Shown: piece by piece, positions 25,583 through 38,997 of the stretch | Layout: each line of letters begins with the position of its first letter | Position numbering within the stretch: the stretch's first letter is position 1 | From: Octopus sinensis | Lineage: Eukaryota | NCBI RefSeq assembly: GCF_006345805.1 | Contig: NC_043011.1 | Coordinates: 3,162,001 to 3,226,000, forward strand | Reading direction: 5' to 3' | DNA: 64,000 nucleotides | Made by a program: the position numbers and the translations under genes | The notes under the pieces: model-generated | What the model saw: only the letters and a program-made list of their open reading frames with translations | The model's database searches: none | What the model was told of the DNA's origin: nothing

Positions 25583-26871
25583 CGAGGGGCGTTCTATAAG
25601 TAATGCCCCTGACCCACTTCCCATAGCAGTAGAGCAACGAAACTTGGCACAGTTATTAGTCTTTTTCTACATAGGAACCACCCAGAGTTATGCATTTCTC
25701 CCATTGTTTGATGCAGCTCTGGAGACCGTTTTTGTAGAAGACCCCAGCTTGGTCCTCCAACCTGAACGTGACTTCAGAAATCAAGGCTGCATCATCTGGG
25801 AAACGCTTTCCTTTCAAAAACAACTTCATGACTGGGAAGAGGTGAAAATCAGAGGGTGCAAGGTCAGGAAAGTGGGGGATGGGGGAGGAGTTCATAGCCA
25901 TACGCCTGTGCTTCTGATCTGGCGACAAGCGAGTTGTGGACCGGAGCGTTGTCCTGCAGGAGGGGGATGTCTTTGCTGATCTTGCCCCGCCTCTTGATTT
26001 TGATAACTTCTCTTAATTTCCTCAAAAGTGAAGCATAATAGGCTCCTGCAATTGTGGTACCCTTTGCCAGGAAATCTGTCATCACTACTCCGTCCTGGTC
26101 CCAGAAGACTGTGAGCATGACCTTGCCAGCGGAGGGCTGCACCCTTGCCTTCTTTGGAGGGGGTGAGTCACGGTGCTTCCACTGCATTGACTGGGCTTTG
26201 GTCTCTGGATCATCGTGATGGACCCAGGTTTCATCCTGTGTAATCAGTCTTTTGAAAAATTTTGACTCATCTTCTTGGCACATCTCCAAATTCATCCACG
26301 AGCACTCGACGCGTTCTTGCTTCTGGAAAGGCGTGAGCAACCTGGGAATCCATCTGGCAGACACCTTTTGCATATGCAAATGGTCATGAATGATAGTTTC
26401 CACAGACCTGGTACTAATCTTGACCTCATGGGCTATTTGGCGAATAATTATGCATCGATCTTCCAAAATGGCAGCCTCAACTTGACGGACAGATGCCTCA
26501 TCAATGGCAGAAGGGGCGACCAGATCTGGGAGCTGTTTCCACAGGGTTCCGACCATGTTTGAATTCACGATGCCAGCGTTTTACAAGGTCATATGATGGG
26601 GCATCATCACCATAAGTTACTTTCATTTCATCAAAAGTCTTCCGTGGTGTGCGTCCTTTCAAATACAAAAACCGGATCACTGCTTGACACTCAACAGGCT
26701 CCATTTCACACTTGACTCGGTTCAAACACCTGTAAATCAGAAACCACAATTAATTCAGATCTGTAATTTGCCACTTACTCTATAGAGATATAAATGTTTA
26801 CACATGCAAAATTTCAGCTAGATCCAACAACTGCAAGTGGGTCAGAGGCATTACTTATTGAACGTCCCTCG
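25583..26871 (-). mobile_element. Full-length mariner transposon (1289 bp)
   Basis: TA TSD at 25581-82 and 26872-73. 37-bp TIRs CGAGGG(G/A)CGTTC(T/A)ATAAGTAATGCC(C/T)CTGACCCACTT with 3 differences. Confidence 0.97.
25656..26704 (-). pseudogene. mariner DD34D transposase with two frameshifts
   Basis: MEPVECQAVIRFL...; WIPRLL; ITQDETWVHH; LLQDNAPVH; PDLAPSDFHLF...GGSYVEKD*. Spread over ORFs 26501-26749, 25864-26568 and 25656-25928. Confidence 0.95.
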
Positions 26872-28099
26872 TAATAAAGTGAAAAAATGAAGAGACAATT
26901 GTAGATGGCAGAAATTTATTCATATGAGATGCTACATACATATATGTATATATATATGTATATATATATATATACATATATATATCTATAACAGATGTCA
27001 CAAAAGTGACAGAAGGCACTGACTAGCACTGCTTTTGCTAAAAATAAGAGTTAAAGCAACTCAAAAGTCACAAAATCACAGTCTTAATGACTGACAAAGG
27101 GAAGTGAGTCTGCAGCGTACATAGTCGCATTGCAATTTTGGATTTTGATGCTGACCATCCTAATCCTCATCTGTGTCTCTTAATGCTTAGAGTTAAACTC
27201 AACTTCCTTTGTCAGTCTTACAAGAAAATCTGTTGGAAATGTGCGTTGATTTTCAAATGCTAAAAAGTGTAAACAACAAATTAAAAAGGAATGACTTATT
27301 AGCAATTAGAACCTAAAGGCAAAATTAATTGAGGTCTCAAAAGTGACACAGGGTTCTGACTAGCACCTCTTTTGCTAAAAATAAGAGTTAAAACAACTCG
27401 GGATGAAAATCATGTTTTACAACTGTTTCAAAATTCAGCAAATGGTTGATATTATAATGCACATTATGCAATCTGGTATCTATAATAAGACAATATTGCA
27501 GATCACCTTTAAGCAATATGCATTTGTTAATCATTCTTCTGGGGGAAGTGTTTAGGCTTTCCACAAGCAGAAAATATTTTTACGTATGTACATTGTGTAA
27601 TACGGCGTTATTATATATATTATATACACTTGTTTACAAAACATGCATTATAATATCAAACATACACCAAATTTTTAAATTCCTTTTTCTGTTTGAAGTT
27701 ACGTGTTACATTATCTTTCCCAATCCTGTGAGCAGAGTTATTACTGGTAGTTACATTTGTTCTTCTTCCTGTATCAGTGTTCTGATTTTCTTTAGGTATG
27801 AATTGAACTGCCAGTTGTTTTTGTTATGGATGAGCTACTATCATGCCACTTTGCAACTGTTCCATCAGTGTTCATTTTGTTATCAGCTGTGTTTTTTTTT
27901 TCCTTAAACCCCTCTAGTTTTATCCTACTGAATTTTATGTTATTTAATTTGTGTGTGTAGTATTCTAGTATTCTGGATTATTTCATCTCTGCATTGTTAG
28001 AAGCATTTCTCATTTTACTTTAATTTTATTATTCTACTCATATATATATATATATACACACACAGACACACATACATATATATATATTCATATAAATAC

Positions 28100-28130
<31 letters not shown>

Positions 28131-28214
28131 AACACCTACATACATATATAAAGTTAATCCAAACATGAAAGCACAAAAATACACAACAACGTGAGGACAT
28201 GGAACAAATATAGT

Positions 28215-28350
28215 ATTATTGGACGCTCAGGAAAGAAGGAAAGAAGGAGGGTTTAACGTCTCGAGCGGAGCTCTTCGTCGGAAACATAGGAGAAGGAAAG
28301 ATCCAGAGAAGGGAAGATGGAGGAAAAAAATCCCCAACGGTACACACATA
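28215..28350 (-). mobile_element. Penelope-type terminal fragment with degenerate hammerhead motif
   Basis: Minus strand CCGACGA-A-GAGC-TCC-GCTC-GAGAC-GTT at 28258-28281. Confidence 0.5.
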
Positions 28351-28404
28351 TATATATTCATATATATACATATACATACATATATATATATATATATACA
28401 TATA

Positions 28405-28715
28405 TATATCACTGTGATCACCGTGACCAACCAGGCTATCAGATGTTGCTACACATCGCTGGTCACAATGCGCTTCGCATTGTTTTCAGCCTACAAATGA
28501 CGCCACTTCGCTGGCTAAGCGACCAGGCCAACAGAAGAAAGACTGAGAGAAAGTTGTGGTGAAAGAGTACAGCAGGGATCGCCACCACCCACTACCGGAG
28601 CCTTGTGGAGCTTTAGGTGTTTTCGCTCAATAAACACTCACAAGGCCTGGTCTGGGAATCGAAACCGCCATCCTACTGCAAGTCCACTGCCCTAACCACT
28701 GGGCCATTGCACCTC

Positions 28716-28718
<3 letters not shown>
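28405..28718 (-). mobile_element. tRNA-derived SINE (type C-related)
   Basis: Minus head GGAGGTGCAATGGCCCAGTGGTTAGGG...GGTTTCGATTCCC. Body related to 54243-54555. Confidence 0.7.
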
Positions 28719-28767
<49 letters not shown>

Positions 28768-28911
28768 CATACATATTTATATATAGAGAGAGAGACAGAC
28801 AGACAGACAGAGAAAGAGAGAGAGATAGAACCTGATGCACGATCTGGCTTCTCTGCTTTCATCCAACCCAGGCCAGCATCGAACAAAGGACATGAAATGA
28901 TGATGATGATC

Positions 28912-29375
28912 TGCCCAGCGGACATTACCATAAAGCTGAAGATCAGTGAAAAAGAGAATATCTACACTGAACTATTGATAAATTTGCCGTTACTCTATCC
29001 AGATTACAAGTTCAGGTTTATACCTGCAATTATTGGGGCCCTGGGATATGTAACACACTGCGTAAATAGTAATCTCGAGAAACTAGGCTTCTCAAAAACC
29101 AGAAATGATAAAGTTAATTTGAAGATTATAGATCCAATCCATCACTGAAACTGTAAAAATCTGTAAAACTTTCCATTTAAATATATATGAGCATGTCTAG
29201 ATATGCAGCTATATGCATGAGAATACATACATAAAGCAAAACATACAAATCTGCACATATACATACATACAAAAATACATTGTGGTTGATGTTGAACTTC
29301 CAATGAAGGAGCTTGGATTTAGGTTAGAAACCGGCTCTTTCTCTATTGGCTAGAAATCTTGAAATAAAACTGAAT
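28912..29375 (+). mobile_element. R4/Dong-type LINE C-terminus and 3' UTR, 5'-truncated
   Basis: PADITIKLKISEKENIY..L..LYPDYKFRFIPAIIGALGYV fits the restriction-like-endonuclease tail. Starts directly after a (GAT)n run. Confidence 0.65.
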
Positions 29376-29385
29376 AATGACATAA

Positions 29386-29425
<40 letters not shown>

Positions 29426-29434
29426 ACAAACACA

Positions 29435-29815
29435 TAGGTGCAAATGTGGCAGTGTGGTAAGAAGCTTGCTTCTCAACCACATGGTTCTAGGTTCAGTCCC
29501 ACAGTGTGACACCTTGGGCAAATGTCTTATACTATAGTCTTGGGCCGACCAAATCCACATGAGTGGATTTGTTAGATAGAAGCTGAAAGAAGCCTGCTGT
29601 GTGTGTGTGTATTTGTCCCTTCATCTCTGTTTGATAACTGGTGTTGGTGTGTTTATGTCTTTGTCACTTAGTGGTTCAGCAAAAGAGACCAATGGAATAA
29701 GTACTAAGCTTAAGAAATAAGTCTTGGGGGTTGATTTGTTTGACTAAAACCCCTCAATGTGGTGCTCCAGCATGGTTGCAGTCAAATGACTGAAACAAGT
29801 AAAAGAATAAAAGAA
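29435..29815 (+). mobile_element. tRNA/CORE-type SINE (type A), diverged
   Basis: All modules present, with more substitutions. Confidence 0.8.
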
Positions 29816-30256
29816 TCTACATACACACAAACATCATATATATCCATATGTATGTGTGACAATGTGTGTATGAATATATATAAAAACGTATATTATACGC
29901 AGAGTTCTGTTGTTTTTTGGATTTTTTTTCTGTAATCTTCTGCTTGCTTATGTATTGATGTTATTGCTGCCAATATTGAATTGAAATGGAAGAAAGAGAA
30001 GAGAAGGAAAAAAAACGCAATTTCAGAGTGATTTACAACTCTGTCTGACACATACTGGTACAAAGGCATAAAGAACTGGAGAAGGTGGAGAAGAACCAAC
30101 AGAAATACAAAATAATCAGCATAACTCTTCTAATATCATATAGAAGATACACATAAAAATATTCCTAATTATTATGTTCACAAATTGGTTAAATGAATGA
30201 CAGAGTGGTTTCTAGCCATGACTTCTTTCCGATACAAATATGTCACCCAGCAAACT

Positions 30257-30280
30257 TTATTATTATTATTATTATTATTA

Positions 30281-30318
<38 letters not shown>

Positions 30319-30321
30319 GTT

Positions 30322-30357
<36 letters not shown>

Positions 30358-30367
30358 ATTATTATTG
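30257..30367. repeat. (TTA)n-(TTG)n compound microsatellite
   Basis: Directly visible. Confidence 0.95.
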
Positions 30368-32019
30368 ATGATTCTATCAATTTATTTGAAAAAAGGAAAG
30401 AAAATATATTCTAGAAATGTGCTGTTTTACTTTCTCTTTCGGTTATCCCTATCCCTTATATTTTCTATGTCTCTTTTTTCCTTTTTGTCTCAGAGTCTCT
30501 TGTCCACTCACATTCTACCACATGCACACATATATATATAATATATGCCCTCACACACATATATCTAACTGGATCACTGTCTACTTCAGTGATGAATATT
30601 CAATCAATCAAACAACTGAAGTTCTTGCTCATTAAGTAACCATTTAAGAGGTTGTGTATTCCACCCTTAATTCAAATCTCACACAAAATCAACGAGACAC
30701 TCTCTAAAAAGGTTGACCTATTGAATTGTGAATTCCTTCAATCTCAAGGGCTTCAAGAGTTTCTTTCTACCAAATTTCACTCTCACTGTTCAGATGGACC
30801 CAAGACTCACTTGCCCAAGATGTTATGAGATAGGACTGAAATCAGAACCTTTTGATTATAAGACAAACTGTTTAACAATTTGGCCAAGTTTTATCCACAT
30901 TAATACACTTACAAATATTACACTCTCTCTATCTCTCACTCTTCTTTTCTAATCCCATGAAAAAGTATACACTCTGACATCCTTCTTTTACTGTGCATGA
31001 AGAGATGGAAATCAGTGGTATAGCCAATTCATTTGCCTTTCACAGCAAGTCTTAAATTGTATGTTTGAGAAAAAAGAAGCATACCCTACGTGTCAAATTA
31101 TTTAAAGATACTCTGAAGTGAACTATGAATTATGTAATAGAAATATATATCCTATTCATTCCTTCCTCTCTCTGTAGCCGTGTTTTGCATTATATATCTC
31201 TTGCTCACAACATATAGATAAATACATACATAGATGCATATATGTGTGTGTATCCATTTTGCAGCGTGTCTCACTACCTCACCTTCCCTCATACTTTCAG
31301 AGTGTCCCACTCATTCTCTTTATCACACTATATCAAACGCAGTTGCTATCTTTTTTATATTATCTCTCTTTCCTCACATACACACGTTCTACTCTTTCTT
31401 TCTTTCTTTCACTTCACTCTCTTTCTCTCCCTCTCTCTCATACACATACACATTATCCTCAAATTCTCAAGGACCCTGCTATTCTCTCCATCTTTAAACT
31501 ATAATGATTTATTATTATTAGCATCATTTTCTCTGCAGAATTCCTGCTTTTATGTTATGAAAAGATCTATGATTTATAAACATGTTTTTTCCTCTCTTCT
31601 TGGAATCAATAGTTAATATGATTGTTATATCAAGTAATTTGTAAAGAAATTGGTCTTTTTATTTCATTCTTATTTTGTATATCAAACTTGAAGTCATATC
31701 TTCGTGCTTTCACAATAGCTCACAAATGATTTCACCAATAACAATTCTATTTTGAAGTCTTTGATACAACTGTATTCAGCTACAGATTCTTTATACATAC
31801 AACTGTTTCAGCTTTGACTAATAATGAAAAAAATAATAAACCTGTTTTTGTATACAATGCTGTATTTTGTTTGTGGGTAAAATTCTAGTAAAAGTGTTGC
31901 TATGAACATCAATTAAAATAGTTAAAGAAAACTTTGTGTACTAAATTATGATGATTCTTATCATACACACAAAGCCAAGGCTTTGGTAAGGAGAAAAGAG
32001 TTGATTATATCAACCCTAG

Positions 32020-32505
32020 TGTTTGATTGCTTTTTTACACCATTTTGACCTTGTGCTTGAGGAGATCCATTGAGTCAAGTACACCAACATCAAAATCAAT
32101 GGAAACTGCAGTTGTGATCCCTGTGCCGGTGGCACGTAAAAATCACCATCTGAACGTGGCCGATGCCAGCGCCACCTAGACTGGCTTCCGTGCCGGTGGC
32201 ACGTAAAAAGCACCATCTGAATCATGGCCGATGCCAGCGCCGCCTTGACTGGCTTCCGTGCTGGTGGCACGTAAAATGCACCAATCCGATCGTGGCCGTT
32301 GCCAGCCTCGCCTGGCACCTGTGCAGGTGGCACGTAAAAAGGACCCACTACACTCATGGAGTGGTTGGCGTTAGGAAGGGCATCCAGCTGTAGAAACACT
32401 GCCAGATCAGACTGGAGCCTGGTGCAGCCTTCTGGCTTCCCAGATCCCCAGTCGAAACGTCCAACCCATGCTAGCATGGAGAACGGACGTTAAACGATGA
32501 TGATG
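32020..32505 (+). mobile_element. RTE-type 3' UTR fragment with ~67-bp internal tandem units and (GAT)n tail
   Basis: About 3.5 units of GTGCCGGTGGCACGTAAAA at 32120-32345. Ends AACGGACGTTAAACGATGATGATG. The same tail occurs at 16229-16272 (+) and 61285-61438 (-). Confidence 0.7.
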
Positions 32506-33409
32506 ACCTCTGAAAGATTTGAACTTGGAACATAGAGAACTACAACTAAATGCTACAAGGCATTTTTGTCCAATGCTTTAATGATTTTGCCAATCCTCTA
32601 CCCTGAATAATAAAGTGAAAAAGATTATCACCATCACTGTCAATAGGAAGCATATATGCTGAAAATAGCAGTCAAATTTTCATTGTACCAAACACTACCA
32701 TCTTACACATGCAATTCTAGATACACTATTCATTAACACAAGATGAAGTGGTCATGAATGGAAAGTTTTTAGTCACAGGCCTAATTTGGGGCTAGAAAAA
32801 TCAAAAACAAAGCTTTTGTGGGAGCCTTTATGTGGTTGCTTAGGCTGCTAGACATAGCAACCATATATTCATTGAATTTGAATTCCCCCAAAAAATAACA
32901 CACATTAGATAATATAGTCCAAGGTATACCTAAAATTATGTGATGACCACAACTGCTTGATCTTTCATCATTGATCTGGTTGATCAGGGTTGATCTGGAA
33001 TAAAGCAACAGTAATAAGAGCAATATTAATGGTAAACTAGGAAAGAAACTTCTTTAGGATCCTTAAATATGCAAGAAATAACAGCCAGGTATTTGTCAGA
33101 TTACTCTGTACCACTTTTATAAAGTAAATATTAACCAGTAAGGTTCAGAATATGACTTTCTGGGCAAAGATAAAAGACTGAATGGTCAATGCTTGACTAT
33201 TTTTGATCATATGTCATTTGATTTGGGCTGATTTGAAGTTAAATGACAATGAACCACCTTTTGATGGTCATCACACTATTGTCACATCTATCAATGGAAC
33301 TCTTTTTGCATTACATTCTTTCAATTCCATCATATCCCAGATTTCAGTTTTGTTCCCAGCTCTATAGCTTTTATAAAACAACATCTGCAAGTAGATATAT
33401 GTTATTTAA

Positions 33410-33631
33410 CCCTTTTGTTACCATATTTCTGTTGAGATGCTCTGTGTTTCTTTTAATTAATTTAAAATATAACAAAGAATTTAGTAAAATAACTTAGTTA
33501 TCATTAATCTAGTGTTAGGAACGTAAATTGTGACTAAGGTTTGATGGAAGATTTCAATTCAAAACTTATGAAAACAAGACATTTGTACTACAGAACCAGA
33601 GGCGGTTTCAGCCAGGTTGGTCACGAAAGGG
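33410..33631. mobile_element. piggyBac-type MITE (family B)
   Basis: TTAA flanks at 33406-09 and 33632-35, CCCTT...AAGGG ends. Inverted copy at 53638-53859. Confidence 0.85.
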
Positions 33632-33772
33632 TTAAAGCATTTAAATACAAAGAAACGGAAAAAAAGAGATAGGAGAAAGGAAAAGAAAAAAAGAAAAGGG
33701 ATGGGGAAAATAGGGATAACAGCAGTTCATTGGAGAAGTGAGCCCCGTTAGGTGAAGTGACTGGTGCAGCAA

Positions 33773-33838
33773 GTGTCATTAGTCATTCCCCATGGTATCA
33801 CCATCACAGTAATTACCATGGGGAATGGCTAAGCACAC
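33773..33838 (+). other. Hairpin: 19-bp near-perfect stem, 16-nt loop (pre-miRNA-like)
   Basis: TTAGTCATTCCCCATGGTA (33779-97) pairs with TACCATGGGGAATGGCTAA (33814-32), one G-U. The stem extends through GTGT/ACAC after a 2-nt mismatch. Confidence 0.35.
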
Positions 33839-34037
33839 CATTCCTTCTGGAGTATGTGGTTCATCAACCCCTCGCCTTCCATCTTCTGTTGTTTTAGCCA
33901 CCGTTTTCTTTTCTTTCCCTCTCTTATCTCTCTTTTTCTTTGTTCCATATTTACAACAATGATTCTCTTTCTTTCATATCCAACAAGGCTAACTCATATA
34001 CAGCTGACACTACACTTCATTTTCTTCTGATTTCTAG

Positions 34038-34565
34038 CTATGGGATTCAAGCCTCTTCTCCTTATCTCCTCAAAGACATACATCATCTCGAAAGAGTCCA
34101 GAAGCTGGCTACCCGCATGGTTCTTGGTCTCAAGCATTTGTCTTATGAAGAAAGGCGGCTGAAGACGCTCAACCTTTATTCTCTAGAAAAACGCCGCTGC
34201 CGTGGTGATCTCATTCTTGCTCACAACATCATAAGCGGAAAGTGTAACCTCTCGAAAGAGCTGTTCTTCACTCCTGCTCCAGAGAGTTGGCTGTGGGGTC
34301 ACTCCGAAAAGCTCTATCTGCGACGATTTCATCTCAATCGAAGGAGAGGGGCTTTCTCCGTCTGGGTTGTGGATCCGTGGAATAAGCTGCCGGACGAGAT
34401 AGTGAAGACGCCGACGACTGCTCGGTTCAAAGTCTCTCTTGACCAGAAATGGCCTGAACTCTTTGCATGAACACCCTCCCTGTACATAACTCCATGTCCC
34501 CCTACATGGCCTTGCTTTTTGCTTTTTGAGCCAAAAAATTAACTTAACTTAACTTAACTTAACTT
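34038..34565 (+). mobile_element. CR1-clade LINE 3' end
   Basis: PYLLKDIHHLERVQKLATRMV.GLKHLSYEER..LNLYSLEKRRCRGDLI...WNKLP, then an (AACTT)n tail at about 34540-34565. Confidence 0.9.
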
Positions 34566-34669
34566 GTAGCTTTGACCTTGTACATCAAACCCACACTGAT
34601 TCCATGGAAAGTGACCATGCAAGCATCTTTTAATAAGGTTATGTTAATTATGAGGGGATGGCATCAATT

Positions 34670-34828
34670 GATTACATCAACCCTGGTACTGAACTGATAC
34701 TTATCGTATCGATCCTGAAAGGATGAAGGGCAAAGTCAACCTCAGTGAAATTTGAACTCAGAACATAAAGATAAATACCACTAAGCATTTAGCTTGGCAT
34801 GGTAACCATCATGCCAGTTCGTCTGCCT
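34670..34828 (-). mobile_element. tRNA-derived SINE (type B), diverged and partial
   Basis: Reverse match to the type B head and core. Confidence 0.65.
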
Positions 34829-35322
34829 CATATATTGAGTGCAATAGTCAGTATAATTGTTGAGTGTAATGTTGACGACTTTGGGTAATGAGTATGATAC
34901 TGAGTGTGCTGTTGTATGTGATTTGCAAGGGTCTCATCGGTCATATTCGAAGTTATTTGGTGTTGCTTCTTTGAAGAGAGAGACTGAAGATTTGCTAGAA
35001 GCTACTTTTTATTTGTACAGCAGTTTCTCTTCCTATTTTATTGGTCTTTGTGCCTATTTCTTCTTTAATGTCATCTTGTCATTTGATTTATTTTGAGGGT
35101 TATTTCAACAGTTGTTTCCTTTCTTTACATTATGAAGAATTAGTTATGTATAAAAAGACATATAAGGAAATATTCAATATCAACAATATTTTATGAGTGT
35201 CATTGCTGTAACAACATTTATGGAAGCAAGTGTTAAAATAGACTTCTTTCATTGAATATGTCTGTTCTTTTTATCATTTATATATATATATATTTATACA
35301 CACACACAAACATATATATGTA

Positions 35323-35323
35323 G

Positions 35324-35375
<52 letters not shown>

Positions 35376-35376
35376 C

Positions 35377-35416
<40 letters not shown>

Positions 35417-35425
35417 TAGATAGAT
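35323..35425. repeat. (GATA)n microsatellite
   Basis: Directly visible. Confidence 0.95.
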
Positions 35426-36118
35426 AGGTTTAAGAGACAGAATCACCCTCAAGCAACTCAATCATCATTCAACGACATTATCTACGATAGGTACATATAG
35501 GACTAAATATTAAAATTATCAAAATTAATACCTTCAATTCTTATTCTAGATCATATTCTTTACATCATATAGACTACGTACGTTTCATGACAACATATTC
35601 CTCAATATTGGTGAATTAGGTCTCAAATACAATACCATATTAAAACTATTATATTGCCAATCTGCAGGTTTAGATTATATGGACTTATTTTGCTATTTAC
35701 ATCCAATATGAAGACATGACAAACTAAGTTACATAACTAGAGATTGTCAGAATAATTTTACTTTAGTAAATAATGAACAGAAATGTGGAATAAAAGTAGT
35801 GGGGAAAAATGTTAGTAAAAAGAAATGTTAACTTATCTGTATGGTAATTTTCTCTCCACGAATTAAACATGGCTACCACATAAAGCAATTGTATAATTCA
35901 ACTTTGGGAGCTACTGTGTAGGGGTGATAATTCTTATTAACATTTAAAAGTTCTTAAAATGTATTTTCTATTATTTATATTTACCATGTAAGGGAAGTGA
36001 ATAAATAATAAATCAGGAGAAGCCAGAAGTGCACGATGGGAATAGCCTGATTTTTTACATGGTTAGTTTTTCTCCCCTGTGGACTCAGAAATAACTTCCC
36101 TAATCAATATATATATAC

Positions 36119-36196
<78 letters not shown>

Positions 36197-36213
36197 ATAT
36201 GTATGCATGTATG

Positions 36214-36247
<34 letters not shown>

Positions 36248-37224
36248 TATGTATGTATGTATATATATATATATAATCAAAATAAGCAACAAGGTTATCC
36301 AAGATATTGTAGTACAATTGTTTCATGCTACTTCATTTTATTAAACACTGTAAGTATTACATCAGTTTTAAAATGTCGAGCAACCTTCAGACACATATAG
36401 AATTTTTTAATTAAACGGACAATGCACATTTTTATATTTATTTCATTTGCCAACATTACAAAGAGGGTAGATATATAGACAGAGACGTTAATTCCATCAT
36501 TAAGAACATGGTGGTAGTATGTTCTTCTCCATCTGTAGATTTTTTATCACTGAGTTCACTTTGTTATTTAGATCTATCAGTGGGGAGGGGGTTTCTATTC
36601 TTGGTTCAATCGAAACAAACAAGAATTTTTTCTATTTATAGATAGAGGAAGGGATAGTACAAATGTCAAAGCCATAAATCCATCCTCATTTTGAGAAATT
36701 TAACTTAGACATATTTGAGTGTATTATAGCAAAAGTTAGTAGGCTGAAGTTAGTGGGTTAGGGAGAATAGAGACTACTAAAGCTCTAGAGGTTTTCAATA
36801 TCCCTTACCATTTAACAGCCATAATTCTGCTTGTGAATTTTAAATAAATATCTTTTTAATAATTTTCAAAAGGATTGCAATAAATTTTAGTATCTTATAT
36901 AGGGATAGAAAATATAGAAATCTTTTCATATTTATATAAATATATATATATTCATTTCTATTAATATAGAATCATAGTTAGTAAATAGTGATTTATTTTA
37001 TTATTGAGTTAACTTAAAAGAATATGCTAGACATAATATTTACTAACTGTAAAAAAAAACAAACTTATCAATTTAGCACATATATCAGGAGTCAATAAGA
37101 TATATTAAAAAGTAATGGAAGGGAGGTAATCAAGATGAACCAGATAATTTCCCTAGATATATAGAATTGATTGCAATCCCCTATAGGAGAGTATCAAAAA
37201 TTCTAATTTCACTATATTCAAATT

Positions 37225-37596
37225 TATTTATATATATACATAGGTGAGCACAAGTATGTATGCACACCGCATTTTGCGGTGCAGTTTAACCAAAACTGGG
37301 TATCTTATAGTCGTGATTCATATCGAGCCCTTCTGGGTATTAGCGCGCATCTACGATGAGTCTACGATTTTAAAAATAATTTACCATAATTTTTTTCCAT
37401 TTTCATGCATATTTTTTTAAAGGGAAGTAACTCACTAAAAATGTCTACGATGAGTCAACGATTTTTTAAAAAATTTACCATCATATTTTTTCCATTTTTA
37501 ATGCATTTTTTTGCTATTTTTTGGCTATAACTCTCTAAAAAGGCTGTATAGTTATTTCCCTTACAAACCCGAGTAACGCCGGGCAATACTGCTAGT
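37225..37596 (-). mobile_element. Helitron/Helentron-like repeat
   Basis: Minus strand begins ACTAGCAGTATTGCCCGGCGTTACTCGGG, like the 17959 element. CpG-rich. Confidence 0.5.
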
Positions 37597-37601
37597 ATGA
37601 A

Positions 37602-38200
37602 TATAAAAAAATGGAACAAAATGCAATAGAGGACAATAAAGCATTCAGACAGGTAGACAATACAAAGGTGAACAAGAAAGAAAAGTCAACAAGTTTTCCA
37701 ATCTTTCCACCCCACTACCTTCTACCCTTCTCTCCTCCTTCTACATCACCAGTGTCTGGCCAGCCTTGATCTTTCTTTCTTGGCCTGACTGCTGACCACC
37801 AACACCTCTTATGTCCATCTCCTATGGTCCTGCCTTAAGGCTTTCACTTTATACACGCCAGCTCAATTTGATTTTTTCTCAGTCGAAAGACACCTGTTGT
37901 TATATTCCTGTTGTTCATATTTGTAATTATGTACCATGTTCTCTGTTTTTTTGCCTTTCTTGCTGTACACATTTGTTAGCTTTCTTACAAGAAGCCTAAT
38001 GCTCTTAACTTAGACTTTTTGGGGGCAACCAGATTGAATAGTCTCAAGTGTAACTACCCGAAACTGTATGGACACCTGATAACTTGACTGAATAAAGAAG
38101 GCCATGAATGACCCGTCCTTTCTTTCCTGTCTACCTTTGTATTGTCTATCTGTCCAAATGTTTTATTGTCCTCTATTACGATTTTGTTCCATTTTTAATA
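37602..38200. mobile_element. ~600-bp element bounded by ~85-bp diverged inverted repeats (possibly Penelope-derived)
   Basis: 37602-37685 aligns with the reverse complement of 38117-38200. Internal CCGAAACTGTATGG and AATAAA resemble a PLE terminal repeat. Confidence 0.5.
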
Positions 38201-38453
38201 TTTATATATGTGCATATATATGTATATACATATATATATAAACACACACACACCACACACACACACACACATATATATATCCAGATATACATATACATAA
38301 ATACATACACACACACACACATATATATATATATACATATATATATGTACATATATATACACAAACACACATATATATGCATACACACACATGCACACAT
38401 ATATATATATACATACTTATATACATATATATATATATGTACATTTATATGTG

Positions 38454-38484
<31 letters not shown>

Positions 38485-38517
38485 GCACATATATACATAT
38501 ATATACACGCATGCACA

Positions 38518-38570
<53 letters not shown>

Positions 38571-38997
38571 TTGCAGAAGTGATTGTATATCAGTTCATTA
38601 GTAAATGGGAAAATAGATACATTTCTCACATACTACATACAATAGCTAGACAAGTATAATTACTAGGCTTTTTAGCTATTTCTGCACATTTAGATAGTCG
38701 TTTTCTATTGCTATATCAATTGTTAAAAGACCATTGTCATTCCTGTCATGGAAAATGATATCAAGTTTATTATGTGATGCAAAAGTTGCATACATTCTTT
38801 ACATTGTCATCTTTGAAGACAGTGACAGGTTCAGATGAGTACTGCAAAACTCAAAGATGTAGAAACTTTGTAATCAACTGTGTATTAGATCAATTTCACT
38901 ATGTCCTTAGGAATTATTATTAGCAAAACTATTGTTAGTAAATGTGAAAGAAGTTAGATTCATCATCATCATCATCATCATCATTCAATAGTCTTTA

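Noticed and set aside
32016-32477. 153-aa minus-strand ORF with repeated FYVPPA
   Set aside because: It is the antisense reading of the tandem units in an RTE-type 3' UTR.
36400-37220. Possible mitochondrial insertion (NUMT)
   Set aside because: AT-rich and superficially mito-like, but no frame gave a recognisable mitochondrial protein. Faint GDxN and NFSK motifs suggest a decayed LINE instead.
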